The notes: generated by a model from the letters alone, not told the origin. Counted from the first letter of the stretch, positions 26,871-42,099 are shown. The stretch: 64,000 nucleotides of DNA from Antedon mediterranea (GCF_964355755.1 NC_092677.1:7648101-7712100); one strand, 5' to 3'. Made by a program: numbers and translations.

Positions 26871-27444
26871 AATTTCTTGTTGATATCCACTCCCACAATA
26901 GTTAGGACAGTTTTTAAAAGTTGTTTAAACAAACTTCAAGAAAATGTTACAAAAATATTTGTTATTCGTTAAATAAAACAAGGCCAACAGCCATAAGTCG
27001 CGTGCTAAAACGCATAGTGATACCGGACCGACAGACCGACCGACCGACATAGTGAACTATAGAGTCGCGTCCACTAAAAATCGACTAAAAATGAAATTTT
27101 ATTTACAAAATTGAAAAATGAGTTTATTTCCCATAAATTTTGTAAAACAATAACTCAAATGACTTTTAATGATAATCAATGTGTAGTATGATTCATCAGC
27201 TTTGAATTGAGCCTAATTTCAAAAGAAATGATGCATTTCATCAAATAATGCCATAAAATAAAGATATTGGGAAAATTGCGTGAAAACAATAGGTCATTGA
27301 CCTCTGACCCGAAACTGCATTATCAAAATCACTTAAGAATTGGGTTTTCAGATCTACCAAAGTATTTCTCACAAAAATAATATAAGACCAATGGTAAAAT
27401 ATGTGCACTAAATCGCCTCATCTCTCAGACTATTAAGAGCCATT

Positions 27445-30400
27445 GTCTGTAAGAATCAAAGATTTGGTGGTAGATGTAAAAAAAATGGATTTCTCTCAAA
27501 TTGGCACTTCAAGGGGTTTTTGTTTATAGAAGTGTAAACAGCCAAGTATTGAGTTCCATTTAACGCAAGCAAAAAAAATTGTACAAGATGAAGTTTGGTT
27601 GATACAATTATTTTAAAAAGGGGTGTTTTTCAACAGTATTTTTTTTATAAAAGTATACCTCATAAACGTACCTATTAGTATAACTTCCAAAGTGGTGTTT
27701 TTATACCAACGAGGTTTTTTATTTTTTCAACAATAATCACGAAAACATGGGGTAAATTACATACATAGGTTTTGTGTTGCTAGGAAAATAGGAAAATACA
27801 AACAAAATAAAACCAATCAAAACACAAGAAGCAACATTTAAATAAGGCAAATCCAATAATAAATATGTTTGGCTTGCCATAATGCTACTACAGTCATATG
27901 AATAGTTTAGATAAAATGTGAGAATGTGTTGCCAGGTATATTAATTGCCAGAAAAACAGTATTTTGCATTGAAATATTTAGTTGATGGAAAATAATGTTT
28001 AACTTTGAGATAATTGCGTCGAGGTTTTTATACATTTTGACATTTATTTTGTGAAAAGAGATATAAAAGACGTCCCAAAAAATCTGACATTGTAAACAGG
28101 TCATTCGAGGTCAAAAGAGGTCAGAATGCAAAACAGGACAGGTGCCAACTTTAGAAACAACTAGTAATAGTTTATCAACATTTTCAAGATAGTTCTCAAA
28201 TCTCATTTTTTAACTATAGTGTTACCATAGCAACTGTTTCTATGTGTAACTAAGGAAAACAATTTAAAAAATATATTTTTATGAATACAAATAATTGATT
28301 GCTTTTGCACTTCTACTTTTCCCCAAGTTTACTTCTACTGCATCCAAATAATCACAGATAAAGTGATGACAAACATGACCTTTTAAAAAGGTCATTTTAG
28401 GTCAAATGAGGTCAACATTTACCATAGTAACTGTTTCTATGCGTAACTAAGGAAAACATTAAAACATAAGAAGTTTTCATAAGTACACATAATTTATGAC
28501 ATAGTTTTACATTTCAACTTTTCCCCAAATGTTCTTCTTTTGAATCCTAATAATCACAGAAATAAGTCTTGACAAATCTGATCTTGTGAAAGGGTCATTT
28601 GAGGTAAAAATGTGACCTTTAGTGTTATCTTATACCTGTTTCTATGCATAACTAATGATAATTTAAAAATAAATGAATTATGGGGTTTTCATGAAAAAAA
28701 AATTGATTATATCAGGAAAGAGTTAACTCTTCTCTGATTATATTTTACATATGAGGTCAAGTGAGATCAACATTTTATCTATAGTGTACCATAGCAACTT
28801 TTTCTATGCGTACAGGTATAACTAAGTACAATTGTTCTTAAATATGGGGTTTTCATGACTACAAAAAATTGATTACATATTTTACACTACTTTTTCCCAA
28901 ATTTACTTCTACCGAATCCCAATAATCACAGAAAAAGTCTGATGTGAAAGGGTCAATTGGGGTCAATCAATGTCAAAATGTATTATTTATGTTATCTTAG
29001 AACCAGTTTCTATGCGTAACTAAGGACTTTTTTTTAAATAAATAAAATATGGGGTTTTCATGAATGAAAATAATCACAGAAGAATGGCCTTGTGAAATAA
29101 GGCATGCCTGCTAATAATTCTACACAATATCTCAATTTTACCTATTGTGTTACCATAGCAACTGTTGCTATGCATAAGGGAAATTAAATAATTATCAAAA
29201 TCTTTTCATAAATGAAATTAATAATCTATTATATTACACTAATGAATCCAACAATCACAGTAAACAAATGTTAATAACGTTGATGCTCAAAAAACGGTAA
29301 GTTGAGGTCATCAAGTAAAGTCGAAATACAAACATAATAATATCCAGTGGTAGAAAGTGGCATCCCCACCCGATAAAGAATAAATTGCCACTCAACTTTT
29401 CAAGAAGTCGGAAGTGGTTGTGGATGGCCATGTGGGATCTGCTTAGGTTAGCAAATAGAAGAAGTCAAAATGAAAGAGGAGCTTCAAAATAAGAGAGGAG
29501 TAAACTGTTGCAAAGATTAAAATTCACAACGATTTGGCATAACTTAATCAAATTTCCAGAGTATATAACGTAGAAAATGACACTAAAACTAGGAATTACA
29601 GAATCTATAATAACAAAACACAATTAGAATTATATAAAACATTAAATATTGTTCTGACCAAATGGTTTATATTGAGATCAAAGAAATTAAAATGTTTTTA
29701 CTAATTATTGCTATGTTTCTGGCAACACTGCTTGTGGATTTTTAAATTAATCCAGTAATTAATTTAGAACTACTTAATAATAATAATAATATTTATTCGG
29801 TAATCAATGTAAAAATAACCAGGAATGAGAATAGGCTAAAGCCCAAACAGATTCTGCACTCACTCCATACAATACAAACAGTTAAGATAAAACCATATAC
29901 AAGAAAAATACAAATAAACTATACATAACATGAAATATAGTGTTTTGTTAGAGCAGCCTTAAATATTGAAATTGTTTGTGAATCTTTTACGTCATTTGGT
30001 ATTTGCTCCCATAGTCTAGGAAAGGAAACAAATACAGAATTATGAAAAGTATTGCCTTTCGAATTCAAACGTAAAAGCCTACCCGGACATCTTTCACTAG
30101 TTTTAATATACTCATTGAAAGAATGGGGGCAGTAACTTTTCAACAACTTAAATCCTAATGAAAGTCTATGTAATTTAAACAAGTCATCAATAGATAATAA
30201 TTCAAGCACTTTCAACCTATGAAAATAAGATGTGTCCCAGGAACCTTCCTTTCTAAACATTATTATCCTTGTTGCTTTCCTTTGTATACTTTCTATTCTA
30301 TTAATATTTGATTTCTCAAATGGTGCCCACATTGAACAACAGTAGGTAATCACTGGAAGTAATAGAGCTTTTATAAGTTCAACATAGCTAACCAGCACAT

Positions 30401-30880
30401 ATTTTTACTACATTTTAAAATGAAACCAAGCAATCTGCTTGCTTTACAACATATATAATTATAATAATAATTATAATTATTTGAAATAAATCGACTTAAA
30501 AAATACACCACTTTGGGCGTTATGGTGAAGTAAAATTTAGTGGTTTTTAACAATTTTTAAATTTAGAGATCTCCCAAAATAGGAAATAAAAAATATATAA
30601 AAACAAATGAAACAGATACATAATACACTGTTGTTATGCATGAACTAATTTTTTTGTTAAAATTGATTACTTTACTACCAATATCTTGAAAAAACCTAAA
30701 AAAGGAAAAAATTGGTCAAAAACACCAATTTGCCCGTTGCCATGGAAATATACGTGCGAAATAAAAAATACTTTATATTTGATTTCTCTCAACACATGTA
30801 AAAGTCATGTGCAAAATTTTAAAGAAATCCTTTTTTTTAGTCTGTCACTATTTTTTAAATTTCTTTGATTCTTACAAACT
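27445..30880. mobile_element. Degenerate non-autonomous DNA transposon with internal about 190-bp subrepeats (28200-29280)
   Basis: GTCTGTAAGAATCAAAGA...TCTTTGATTCTTACAAAC ends; repeated CCATAGCAACTGTTTCTATGCGTAACTAAGG and AATAATCACAG motifs. Confidence 0.55.
29776..30450 (-). mobile_element. CR1-clade LINE 3' fragment with (ATT)n tail
   Basis: KASRLLGFI..LLPVITYCCSMWAP..IESIQRKATRII..RLKVLELLSI..PRLWEQIP. Confidence 0.85.
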
Positions 30881-32612
30881 TAATATCTTTCTCTCAAATA
30901 GTTTTGTAAACAAAAATGGTTTATTAACAAGTTAAATGAAAACTATAAATACTATAACAATTGTGAAAAAGTAAATTTATCTTTTATTTGATTTATATAC
31001 TATAGGCATGGTTTTTTTTCTTGTTTGATTTATGATGTATTAATTATCTTATTTACATGATTTTTTTAATCTCGGCCAACATTTTTTTTCTGTTTAAGTA
31101 GGCCTATTCACATAATTTCTTTGCCAATGTAATTTTTTATGATTTTTTTTTACAAACACGTTATTGGATTTTATTACTCATTTACTAAATGAAATTCTTA
31201 TCACATTCAAGACAATTTGTTTGTTTATAAACATATTTATAGGGCCTAAAACTATATACGGAATAAATAGTATGTTATCTTAGTTGCAATTAAGCTAATA
31301 GAATTAGATTAGGCATATTTTTGCAGTATTACCTTGTAATTATTACTATATTGATTGCGTGTTACATTGTAATACATTATTAATGAAACTAAAGTTGTTG
31401 ATATTTTGACATTTATACAACACAATCACAATCACAATCATTTTTACCAAATGAAGCGGGTGCTTGTCAGTTTGGATAATTACCAGTTACATTTATACAT
31501 ACATGAAAACAAAAACACATTTAAATAGAATGTGTAAATATTCAAAGTGTTTATTCGAAGGAGGCGTTTATTCAAAGCGGGGAGTTTATTCGACTAAATA
31601 CGGTAATAGATTGTAGTCCAGTGAATGCATCCATTGGACCATCAATGGGAGGGCACCCAGACATTTTGACAATATTATACCAGTAAAGGGTAGATTTAGT
31701 AAATTTACAAAATTAAAATCCTAGAATAAACACTCAGTAGGATATTGTTTTATATTTATTAGGAAATATCATATTTTTCTCCCCAACAAAATATGCATGA
31801 AGCATATAGGACTGCGTGTGAAGATGATAAATAGTATAGGCATAATGTATAAAAAAAATAATATATTAAGATTCTGATTTTATTGTGTATATTAAATTAT
31901 AATCCTTGCTTTAGAATTAATGAAAACAAAATAGACAGGCATGTATCGATTTAAGAATTGGGCCTACAGTAGGCTTATTAACTTTATCTTTGGACGGGAA
32001 ACGGCTTGTAAAATTGAAATTTAAAGATTTAATAATACCGGTAATTCACAAGCTTAGATTACAGGTTTAACATTTTCACTCTTTTAACTGTGAAACTTCT
32101 CAATAGTATAAGATCGTCAGTAATTCTGTATTAATTTTGTATTGCTTTTGCATTTTTAACAACTATATTCGAGAAGTTTCAATTGTGCATATTTATATCT
32201 GTATATTAATATAATGCCATACATTTATATATTTTAAAAATATTACAGATTTTATGCATGAAATGTAGTGTATAAGCATGTTTCGTTCCTTAGCTATTGT
32301 GTTATACTTTGACTTGTAAATAAATATCCCTGCTGGCTGTTTAGTGTACTTGTATATTTTTATTTTTTCCTTATTTTATTAAGATCAAGCTTTATCTACA
32401 GTACAGTACGTGTGAAGTGTTTTCTAGGATAATTTGCCTTGATCGAATTAAATTATTCGGTATACATTATTTTTATATCTATACTATGGACAATGTCATT
32501 ATGTTATGTTAAATACTTAGAACTGAAGGATCCCAGGATATATTTAAGCTTAGAATTAAGAAAATCTTTTATATTTCTATCCAAAAAATAATAATTGATA
32601 GAAAGAAAATCA

Positions 32613-32913
32613 CCTTTCTATTATTACTATTTTTAAATTTAATGCTCTCATGTGTACTTTGGTTAAATCTGGAGCAGTTGTAGTACGGGCATTGGTAGGC
32701 ATATATGAAGTTTTTTGATGCATCATCGAACTTGGTACGTATATTGTCTTCTTTGCTAAATATAAACAAAACAAATATTTAAGATGCTTACACTTACAAA
32801 ACTCCGTATTGAACTATGGCAACACGGAAGTGAGGCTGTTTGAATGTGTTAATAACTGTATCCAGGCCTATTTTCATAAATCTTATATTCATTTTTGTAT
32901 ATTCAAATGGTGT
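32613..32913 (-). pseudogene. Two candidate exons resembling part of a VWA domain
   Basis: 32913-32798 TPFEYTKMNIRFMKIGLDTVINTFKQPHFRVAIVQYGV spliced in phase 2 (42-nt GT-AG intron) to 32755-32614 FKEDNIRTKFDDA... Confidence 0.3.
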
Positions 32914-33267
32914 CTGATACAAATGACGGGATTAAGCTACAGGTTGTTTTGCACCACTTCTCTGTAAATGATGAGGATATTCTATCATGTCTCACCTTTT
33001 TATTTTTAGGCCTAATAGTACTATCATGACATTAAATTACAAATGTATTTTACATTATACAATAAACAACTGGAAGTGATGTGTTCCCTTCCACTTTCCC
33101 ATGATGAAATTATTGTTGAGAATAATTGACGAACCTTATACGTTTATTTATATTTGTTGGACAGATTTGAGAAATCATGTTGCTGAAATCACAGCTATTA
33201 TTGATGTCGTCGAAACATAGCAGGCTATGCAAACAATGATGACGTAACGTATTACGCTGAAACAGAC

Positions 33268-35316
33268 CATGGATTAAAGAATAGAAGGATATGCATCGAC
33301 GTGAGATCAAGGGTTCCTTGACTCTCGCCGACAGACCGCGGACCGCCCACAATGTTATCAGTTTAATTAACCGCATGGTAACAACGAAACGGTCGCGTGC
33401 CTAATATATTGTTTACTGCACATGTGCAACGACATTTAACCTTGTTGGCTACGCTTCTTTCGCGCGTTCTTTGGTGGCATGATGTTTTAGCGCTAGCAAC
33501 AATGGCGACGAACAATTTATACGACGACGAATTTAGTTACTGTATAACCTTTCTAATGCGGAATTGTAGATGCTATAATTGTAATTATTATAGGTTTCTG
33601 CCGCGATTGATCTTGGCCTACGCTAATGTTTTTATGACATTAAAGTAGCATTTTATGACCTGTAGTAGCCCTACATCTGAGACAATAACTATTTGTTGTC
33701 TCAGCCTACATGTACAATTACAAAATCAGCAAGGATACTAGGCCTAGGCCTTCTAGGCTTACTAGTAAACCATATGATTTGCCGACATTGATACTACCTA
33801 GGTAGGCCTAGGCTAATCTTAAGTGTAGTAGATACAACGTGTAATCATGATCTATATACTCACCGTTGTCTTACTTCTTGTGTGAATAATAATAGGTACT
33901 TCTGCGTGTACTTTTCAAAATGACCGCTAGGTAACGAATCGCAACTATACATAGCCAGCCAATCCCGGATCAGGGATCGCTGTTTTCATTCAATTAGACC
34001 ATGGATTAAAGAATAGAAGGATATGCATCGACGGTGACATCAAACGATTTTAGAACGCACTTGCCTATACTAAAGCACTGCTGCCAATCAAACAAACACG
34101 CTCATTGAACTCCGTGTCTCTTCTTTCGCGCGTTCTTTGGTGGAATGATGTTTTAGCGCTAGCAACAATGGCGACGAACAATTTATACGACGACGAATTT
34201 AGTTATAACCTTTCTGATGAGGAATTGTAGATGCTATAATTGTAATTAGTATAGGTTTCTGCCGCGATTGATCTACGCTAATGTTTTTATGACATTAAAG
34301 TAGCATTTTATGACCCGTCGTAGCCCTACATCTGAGACAATAACTATTTGTTGTCTCAGCCTACATGTAAAATTACAAAATCAGCAAGGATACTAGGCCT
34401 AGGCCTTCTAGGCTTACTAGTAAACCATATGATTTGCCGACATTGATACTGCCTAGGTAGGCCTAGGCTAATCTTAAGTGTAGTAGATACAACGTGTAAT
34501 CATGATCTATATACTCACCGTTGTCTTACTTCTTGTGTGAATAATAATAGGTACTTCGTTTGTTCGTGATTAAGTTTGCATGCCCTTCGTGTACATTTCA
34601 AAACGACCGCTAGGTAACGAATCGCAACTATACATTACATAGCCAGCCAATCCCGGATCAGGGATCGCTGTTTTCATTCAATTAGACCCGGTGATTGGAT
34701 GTGATGTGGATGACATAACCACTAGCCAATCACCAGGCACTACAATTTAAATATAATCACATCTATAATTAAGGAGATTTATGAAGAAACCACTGCTTAG
34801 CCATATATTAAAAACACGATTGTTGTATGGGTGAATACCGGCCACGCTAACAACATACATGTCAAATGCATAATTTAATATTCTATAGATTAACGCAATT
34901 TTTAATGACAGAAGATGGCAGGCAAATAATGATAATTCAAATATAAAAATTGCATATTTTATTAATATTACCAACTACTTAAAATTACAAGTCGTAAGAA
35001 AGTGAACTTTTCGCAGTCCGATTGTGATGAAACTAAAACAGAATTATTCAGCAATATATTTTTGTTGTCAATTAATCATCGACGCAGACATGTCAATAGA
35101 ACATTCAGACTGCGCATACGATTTCTACATGGTTATGTTTTGGTCTCAAAAAATGTAACAGTTGATTCGCAGCGTTTTACAGAGGGCCGCGGTTAGAGAC
35201 ACGGAGTTCAATGAGCGTGTTTGTTTGATTGGCAGCAGTGCTTTAGTATAGGCAAGCGCGTTGTAACATCGTTTGATGTCACCGTCGATGCATATCCTTC
35301 TATTCTTTAATCCATG
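33268..35316. mobile_element. Non-autonomous P-like element
   Basis: TIR of about 34 bp CATGGATTAAAGAATAGAAGGATATGCATCGACG, exact 7-bp TSD AACAGAC; internal third end at 34000 and a duplication of about 550 bp. Confidence 0.85.
33677..33704. mobile_element. Mini palindrome CTGAGACAA..TTGTCTCAG with 7-bp duplication CCTACAT; copy at 34332-34359
   Basis: Read directly. Confidence 0.65.
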
Positions 35317-36146
35317 AACAGACCTACTGTGCTCTTATAATCATAATAATAGTTGGTGAGCTGAGACACGCCCTTTGGCGATAGCTCTTGTCTCTCCTCA
35401 GTGCTCCCTTTTTATGTATCACGGTAAGGAATAAATCAAAATAAATAATAGTAGGCCTATACGTGAAATGTTTTCATTTGATTAGTCAAGGAGATCAATC
35501 ATTCAAAGTAATTTGCTGTACTTAATGTTTTAATAGGATTGTGAAGTTTAGGCTAATATGCATAGGCCTACATTGTACACGTGGTTTAATTTACAACGGG
35601 ACGAGGATCGAATGAGAGTTAGTTATGTGGCTTGTTTAATAAATAAATGTATGTACTAGCCGTGATGTAATGTATAATGTATAAACAAGGCAGATAGTTT
35701 GTTGCCTGACCAAAATACTGATTGAATGCTTAAAGGATGTGAAGTTGCTTTTCCAAATAAATATGCATTACGTAATATATGTATATATGTATTTGTATTG
35801 TATTATACAAAAAAGTTTGCAACAATATCCATATTAGACAGGGCCGTAACCAGGTTTGACGGCGGGGTGGATCGTTGAAGTTGTTTAGTGGAGCCCAGGA
35901 GCGGATCCAGGATATTGAAATAGGGGTGGCGTAGCTTTGCGAGCGAAGCCAGCAAACATTGGCTGGGGGCCAGGGGGCCGCCAAGAACCCCCGGTCGGGA
36001 TCCAGGGGCCGACGGCCCCTGGAAATTTTGGCGTTCTAGCGCATTGTAAGTCGTTTAAAAACGATTTACAAACATCTCATAATGTCATTTACCAAACACT
36101 CTTAAGCTCGCAAATTACGACATGTGGAATATGCAGCTGATACTTA

Positions 36147-39100
36147 TAGGCCATAAGCAGTAGCTCAAAAGATGCCTAGAACATGGATTTCGTTCCCACC
36201 TCTTGGATCTACATTTTGAAAGTTGATATTGTGAAATGAATATGTTACACATACTATATCAAAAGTTCTCCATGAAATACTTGTACACTTTTGAGCAATG
36301 GCCTCTCAAAGGTACCCCACTGCTGCAAAAAAGGCACTTTTTGAGGTCTGGAGGTACTTTTATGGGCCAATATCTTTAAAAGTCTTTGTCCAAATGCAAT
36401 TGTCTTTTCTCTGTGAGTAGTCCAGTATATTGTGAACACTTATCCAAAATTTAAAATTTTAAAAATAAGTATTTTGTATGTGAGGAAAACTGAAAAATTA
36501 CAATTATTTAGTTGTAATTGCACTTTTCAAGATGTTTAAGACACAATATCTTCGTAACTAATTGTTGACATACCATATTTATATTTTTTTCCCAACTATT
36601 TGAGAGGGTTGTTAAACAAGATTCAAAGTTTCAGCTTGTCAGCTTCAGGGAGGTTTTATTTATGAAGATGCAAAAACTTAGATTTGGCCAATTTTATAGA
36701 TAATTTTAATATCTTTTAGTCGTTTTTTGAGCAGTTATATTTTAATAATCAACTCTCACTATGTATTTATATTCATGCAATGGGTATCCTAGTGAGTTAG
36801 TGACACACAAGTGAAGTTTCAACGCAAAAGAAATTATTATGCAATAATATGATAGTAACTTACATTGCATTTTTTTTGTTTTTAGTGCCAATTTTGTGTG
36901 AACTCGACTCAAACCGTAAAATGCGCCTGAATAAATACTATGCCTTTTCTGTGCAACTACCCGAGAGGGTTGATAAACAACCTTTTCAAACCAGCTTGAT
37001 GATTTTTTTTATATAGGATGATTTTTTTTATATAGGAAGATGCACTGCACCAGCTGAGAATTTGCTAATTTTATAGATAATTTTGATGTTTTATTTGTTT
37101 TTGAGGAGTACGTAAGCCTACATGATTTCTTAGAAAATGACTTGCCATAATAATATTTATATTCATGCAATGGGTATGCTAGTAGGTTAGTGACATCTGA
37201 GTAAATTTTCAACACAAACAATAAATGATTATGCAATAACTTATTTATTGTAACTTAAATATTGCATTTTTTAGGAGTTTTTAGTGCCAATTTAGGCCAA
37301 GAGCTTCCATAAAAACAACCCATTTTTTTCTGTTAAACATCAGATAAGTAGGCCTGCCAGCCCATTTTTACTGTTTTTATATTGATAACATGAATGTAAG
37401 TCTTGTGGAGAGAACTATTATTATTGATAATGATATGAGATGGACATATATACACACAATATACAACAAATACCTTGTAATGTATTTTCATTTATTTTTT
37501 TTTTGTTTCTTTTGGATTTGTGTTTTTTTACAACCCTACATGTTGCCCAATATACAATGTATATAATTCTACTCTTCTCTAGATACGTTGTACCAGCATA
37601 ACTAGTAGTCAAGTAGAAAAGTTGTCAATTTCAGGTGCGGCATGGCCAGTGTACAATGGAAATAGCAAATATACTTTAACTAATTAATAAGTAATAATTA
37701 CTATGTGGAATATCCTTCATATACAGTATGTACATACTACGTGGTAGGTAGGTACAATTAAACATAGATTCAGCAACATTTGCAGTTAAGTATTTTACAT
37801 TCAGCCAGTTGATGGTTTTGAAGTTTATGAAAAATTCAAGATGATGACAATTGTTTTGAAGTTGGTATCATTTCTGTAACAAATAATCAAGAATAGATTA
37901 TCTAATTTATATCGATTACTTAATATTTTAGTTAAACTGAATATTATTAAATTACAATGAATCTTTTTGGTTTTATATTTAAAAAATTAGTTCAGATTTG
38001 TGGTAAACCATACACAGAAATGTTGAAACATTTTCAACTTTACTTACTCTACCACACACTTTCCATTACTATATAGTGTTTATTGACAATGCAACCTGGT
38101 ATAAAACATTTTTAAAGTAATGGATGTTTTTCAGCTATTTCTTGCATTCATTACTATTTTTAACTTTCATTACTAATTTTACTACTATTGTATATAATTA
38201 TAACAAAACATAAATCATTTGGCATTTCTCATCTCTACATTAAAAAAGGATCCAAAACTTACCAAAATCAGTGAACGTGTTCAGCATTTTTGTGCCTCCT
38301 TTCCACTAGACAACCTAGACATAAATAATTGAATATAAATTGAATTGAAATGATACAGTTGAAATGAAATAAATTATTTTTAATTAAAATTAAGCATTTA
38401 TAAATAAAAATAATACTGAGCTGATGTATGAATACTAGGCCTAGTCTTCGGACCAGGCCATCAAAATGAATGCATAATACTAAATAGGATAGCCTAGGTA
38501 CAGTATAGGGAAAGCCTGCTTACTCTAGGCCAGACCAAATTAATTATTTCAAACAATTGTAATTATTAATAATAATAAATAATAATATATTAATTTTAAT
38601 GTGTATTTATTATGTTTGCTCAAAATGTACTAAAATTATGCTATCCTCACCTGTGTCTTTGTATTCCGTTTGTCGCCGTTTTAACTTAATAATAGCCCAT
38701 TAAGTTATAGTTTAGTAGCAGGCCTAACTGTACTGTGCTGCTGCTGGGCCTACCTAGCCTATGCCATCTTGAGAGTAGCCTAGTATACACCTCCAGACCT
38801 AGGCCAGTGTGCTACCTTAAGCCTTTAGGCTAGAGCCTAAAGACGTAGCTAGCTAGCCTAGCCTTTCTGTACGAATATTATTAATATAGCACACTGGTTT
38901 AAGTGGTAACATTCTAAAAATCCCATTTCTTATATGAGCAGGAGACTATTTCAATACAATAGGATGATCATAAGATGCATCATTTCTTCGTTTACAGTAG
39001 TATTTGTTCGGTGGTGGGGAATCAAACAAATTTTCCTCCACGTCTAGCTCCATTCATCATGATTGAATATTTTTGTCCACGTGTGACGTTGCCGTGTGTG

Positions 39101-39406
39101 AGTTTTGGGGATTCCCCTCATCTGTAAACAGAGCATGATTGGTGAAATACGATCACGTGGTACAGTTTTTAAGACGTTGCGGATAATTTGAACGTGTAAC
39201 GTTCGGCCCGACCAAATCACTCACGCGGTGTATATTAAAATAAAGTACCAAAATAAAACAGTAATTTCTCAAAATTGTCTAACACGATTATGGAGAACTT
39301 TTGATATGTTGTTATTTATAAAATTATTATTCTAAATATGTAAAGAAATTGTAGATCCATGACATCGGAACGAGATGAAACGTTAGAATTTACTGCTTAT
39401 GGCCTA
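36147..39406. mobile_element. Non-autonomous DNA transposon (Academ-like ends)
   Basis: TAGGCCATAAGCAGTA...TACTGCTTATGGCCTA with TTA on both sides. Confidence 0.7.
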
Positions 39407-40642
39407 TTACCTAGGGTACCAAAAGCAAGCTAACAACTTGCCTGTACTTTACATCTAAATTTTTACAACGCGACGATGTTTTTCACCTTTTATATTATTA
39501 TTTTTTATTTATTATTATTATTTATATTATAAACTATATAATACCTATAGGCCGGTATTATTTACACGCGCGCCGGGTCGATCGCGGTCACTATACTTCG
39601 CATGCAGCTAAAGTAAAATGACGTCACGTTAAAGCGGGTCGTCACAGAGTCTCATGAATATTAATGAAGCAAACTTGCTGAGAGTGTTTTCACCACGCAA
39701 CACATGCGACGCGAGATATATCGAAACTCCGAGTCATCGACTGACGGTCATGTTTTTGACAATTAAAATCACGGCATATTCAACGACCTGGTTTAAACGA
39801 TCGTTTAAAAATTAGCGGTCCGGCTCGATTACATTATATTTAGTGATTTGAAAAAAACAAAACACCTCTTTTGTCATGATGTCATCGCGATGTGTTTATG
39901 AGAATCATCGACGGGAAAGCAAATAAAACAACAAGGGTCATGAAATGCTGCAGTATTGTTAATATTTTAATAGTAATACGTTTTAATAAAATTTAGTCCT
40001 AACGGGATAATTTTCATAGGCACTATACATTCCTAGCCTTTGTTTTTATTGTACTTAATAAATGGGCGCGTAGTATAGCAGCACTGACCATGTGGCTTCA
40101 TCAACTCTATTGATCGTCTGAGGTACCGCTACTCTACAGTGGGAAAGCCACTTCGCGTTTTGACCGTTAAATCGTGTAAAATCGACTTACTTCCGCATTG
40201 ACGATTTTGAAGCGCCACCTATCGTTGAAAACTGAAACCACGATTTTTCGTCGCCTAGCAAATAAGTGCTGTTTTATTTTAAGCGCTCATGAATATTTAA
40301 GAACCGCCCAACATTACCTATTATGGTAAAAGCATTTCCTAATAAGTATTATTGAATAACCAATCGGTTTCCTTCAAAGAAACCGAAGCTAATACAATAC
40401 ATTCGGCGACTGAAGTCGGGACTCGTGAAATTTATAAATGTGGTACGATTTGACTACTGTTTTGTTGTCCATTTTCTGAATGGATCAACCTGAGTTTTCG
40501 GCATGTATTGAATATAGGACTATTCCATTATTATTTACAGGGGTGTTAGTCAATGTGTTAAGTTTGGTGTGAGAGGCTTGTTGAGGCTTCTATTGTTCGC
40601 GTCTTTGAAAAATAAAACAAAAAACTGCTGCTGTAGTTAGCC

Positions 40643-40666
40643 CAGGGAGTTGTTAACAACTCCCTG
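40643..40666. mobile_element. Perfect 24-bp palindrome CAGGGAGTTGTTAACAACTCCCTG with 7-bp TSD GTTAGCC
   Basis: Absent at the equivalent position of the inverted copy (43525). Confidence 0.75.
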
Positions 40667-41136
40667 GTTAGCCTATAGCTTTTATTATGTGTCTGTAAAT
40701 TATATCGTTTTTTACACTATAACAATGTTGTTTTTTTAGTCAACAATTAAATCAAGTAGCCTCTACAAATAACAAGAAAAGATCAAGAAAAAGATTTATA
40801 TACATATACATATACATTTTAATCTTATTTAATTTATGTTTTAATTTATATAAATATATCCAATTTATGTTTAATTTATATAAATTACATTCATGTTTGT
40901 TTTTTTCTCAACAGTTGAATCAAATAGCCTCTACAAATAACAAGAAAAAAATTGATAGATCGAGATATACATTCTTCAAACTTTATTCAAATATAAGGCT
41001 CAAGAACTTTAACATTATTTAATAAGCCTCAAGGAACATATTATATTACATATATACAATTTCAACTTACTTAATCTGTTTAATTTATATAGCCATTTAT
41101 TTAATCGTTTTACTTATTTGTCCAGCATACTGTACC

Positions 41137-41341
41137 TATATATTTGAGAAATGTGAGATAAAATATTATTAAAAGCTTCCTCCCCTGACTTGCCATATCC
41201 TTCTCGCCACATAGTCATAAATTCGTCAAGGTATTCCGGTAGCCATTCTCGTTTACACCCTCGCATTCTTTCTAACTTTAATTTTGCACGATTCCAGTAG
41301 GACTCTATTTTTTAAGTGTGGACTCCTGTTATTGGATCAAC
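41137..41341 (-). pseudogene. Merlin (IS1595/ISXO2-like) transposase C-terminal remnant
   Basis: VDPITGVHT*KIESYWNRAKLKLERMRGCKREWLPEYLDEFM..WRE..EAFNNILSHISQIY. Confidence 0.85.
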
Positions 41342-42099
41342 ATTAATAATAATTCAACATTTATTAGTTTCTATCAATGGTATAACAATACAATAAAAAA
41401 GAATGATAATTTATAATGAGAAAATACAAAAAATACCATTAATAGAGGATCTTGCAAGAAGAGAATACTTGTCACGCAAGACCCATAGACAAAAGAAAAA
41501 AATACATTTGTATATAATTATTAAATAAAATAAAAGAAAGTCATGACAAAAACAGTTTGAAGGTCTAGTTTGAGTACAATGATAACAAATTACTTTTAAG
41601 TATCATTAACATGGAATGAAATAATAATGTACATTAGTTTCTTTTCTTAATATACGGTAGGCATAGATGTCCCCTTCGCTACGCCTATCCGTGTATTAAG
41701 AAGAAGAAGAAAAGATAGTTACGAGATATGGCAATTTACAGCATGATAACATGTTTCTAGTATAGAATATAATAAACATAATATAGGTAGGTATCATAAA
41801 TACAGCATTTAAATACCAGTCAGAAATCATTTTTGTTTACTGTAATTAAATAAAACATTATGCGACAATGTTAAAGAATAAAAGCATAGTTACGAGATAT
41901 GGCAATTTACAGCATACTAATATATTTCCTAGAATAGAATATAGGCCTAATAAACATAGCATCATGAATATAGCATTTAAATACCAGTCAGAACTCATTT
42001 TTGTTGACTGTAAATAAATAAAAAAATATTTGACAATGTTTAAATTATGAAAGAAGAATTAGTTGTCCATACCTTCTTTTTGTAACTAAATACACTCTC

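Larger units (their letters stand above)
20026..27432. mobile_element. Non-autonomous Academ-like element with long TIRs (about 450-600 bp), containing nested insertions
   Basis: TAGTCTGAGAGATG...CATCTCTCAGACTA, TTA on both sides (20023-25, 27433-35). Confidence 0.8.

Noticed and set aside
25640-26932. 430-aa host gene
   Set aside because: 5'-truncated L1/Tx1 ORF2 with TSD and poly(A); its N-terminus comes from the flanking TIR
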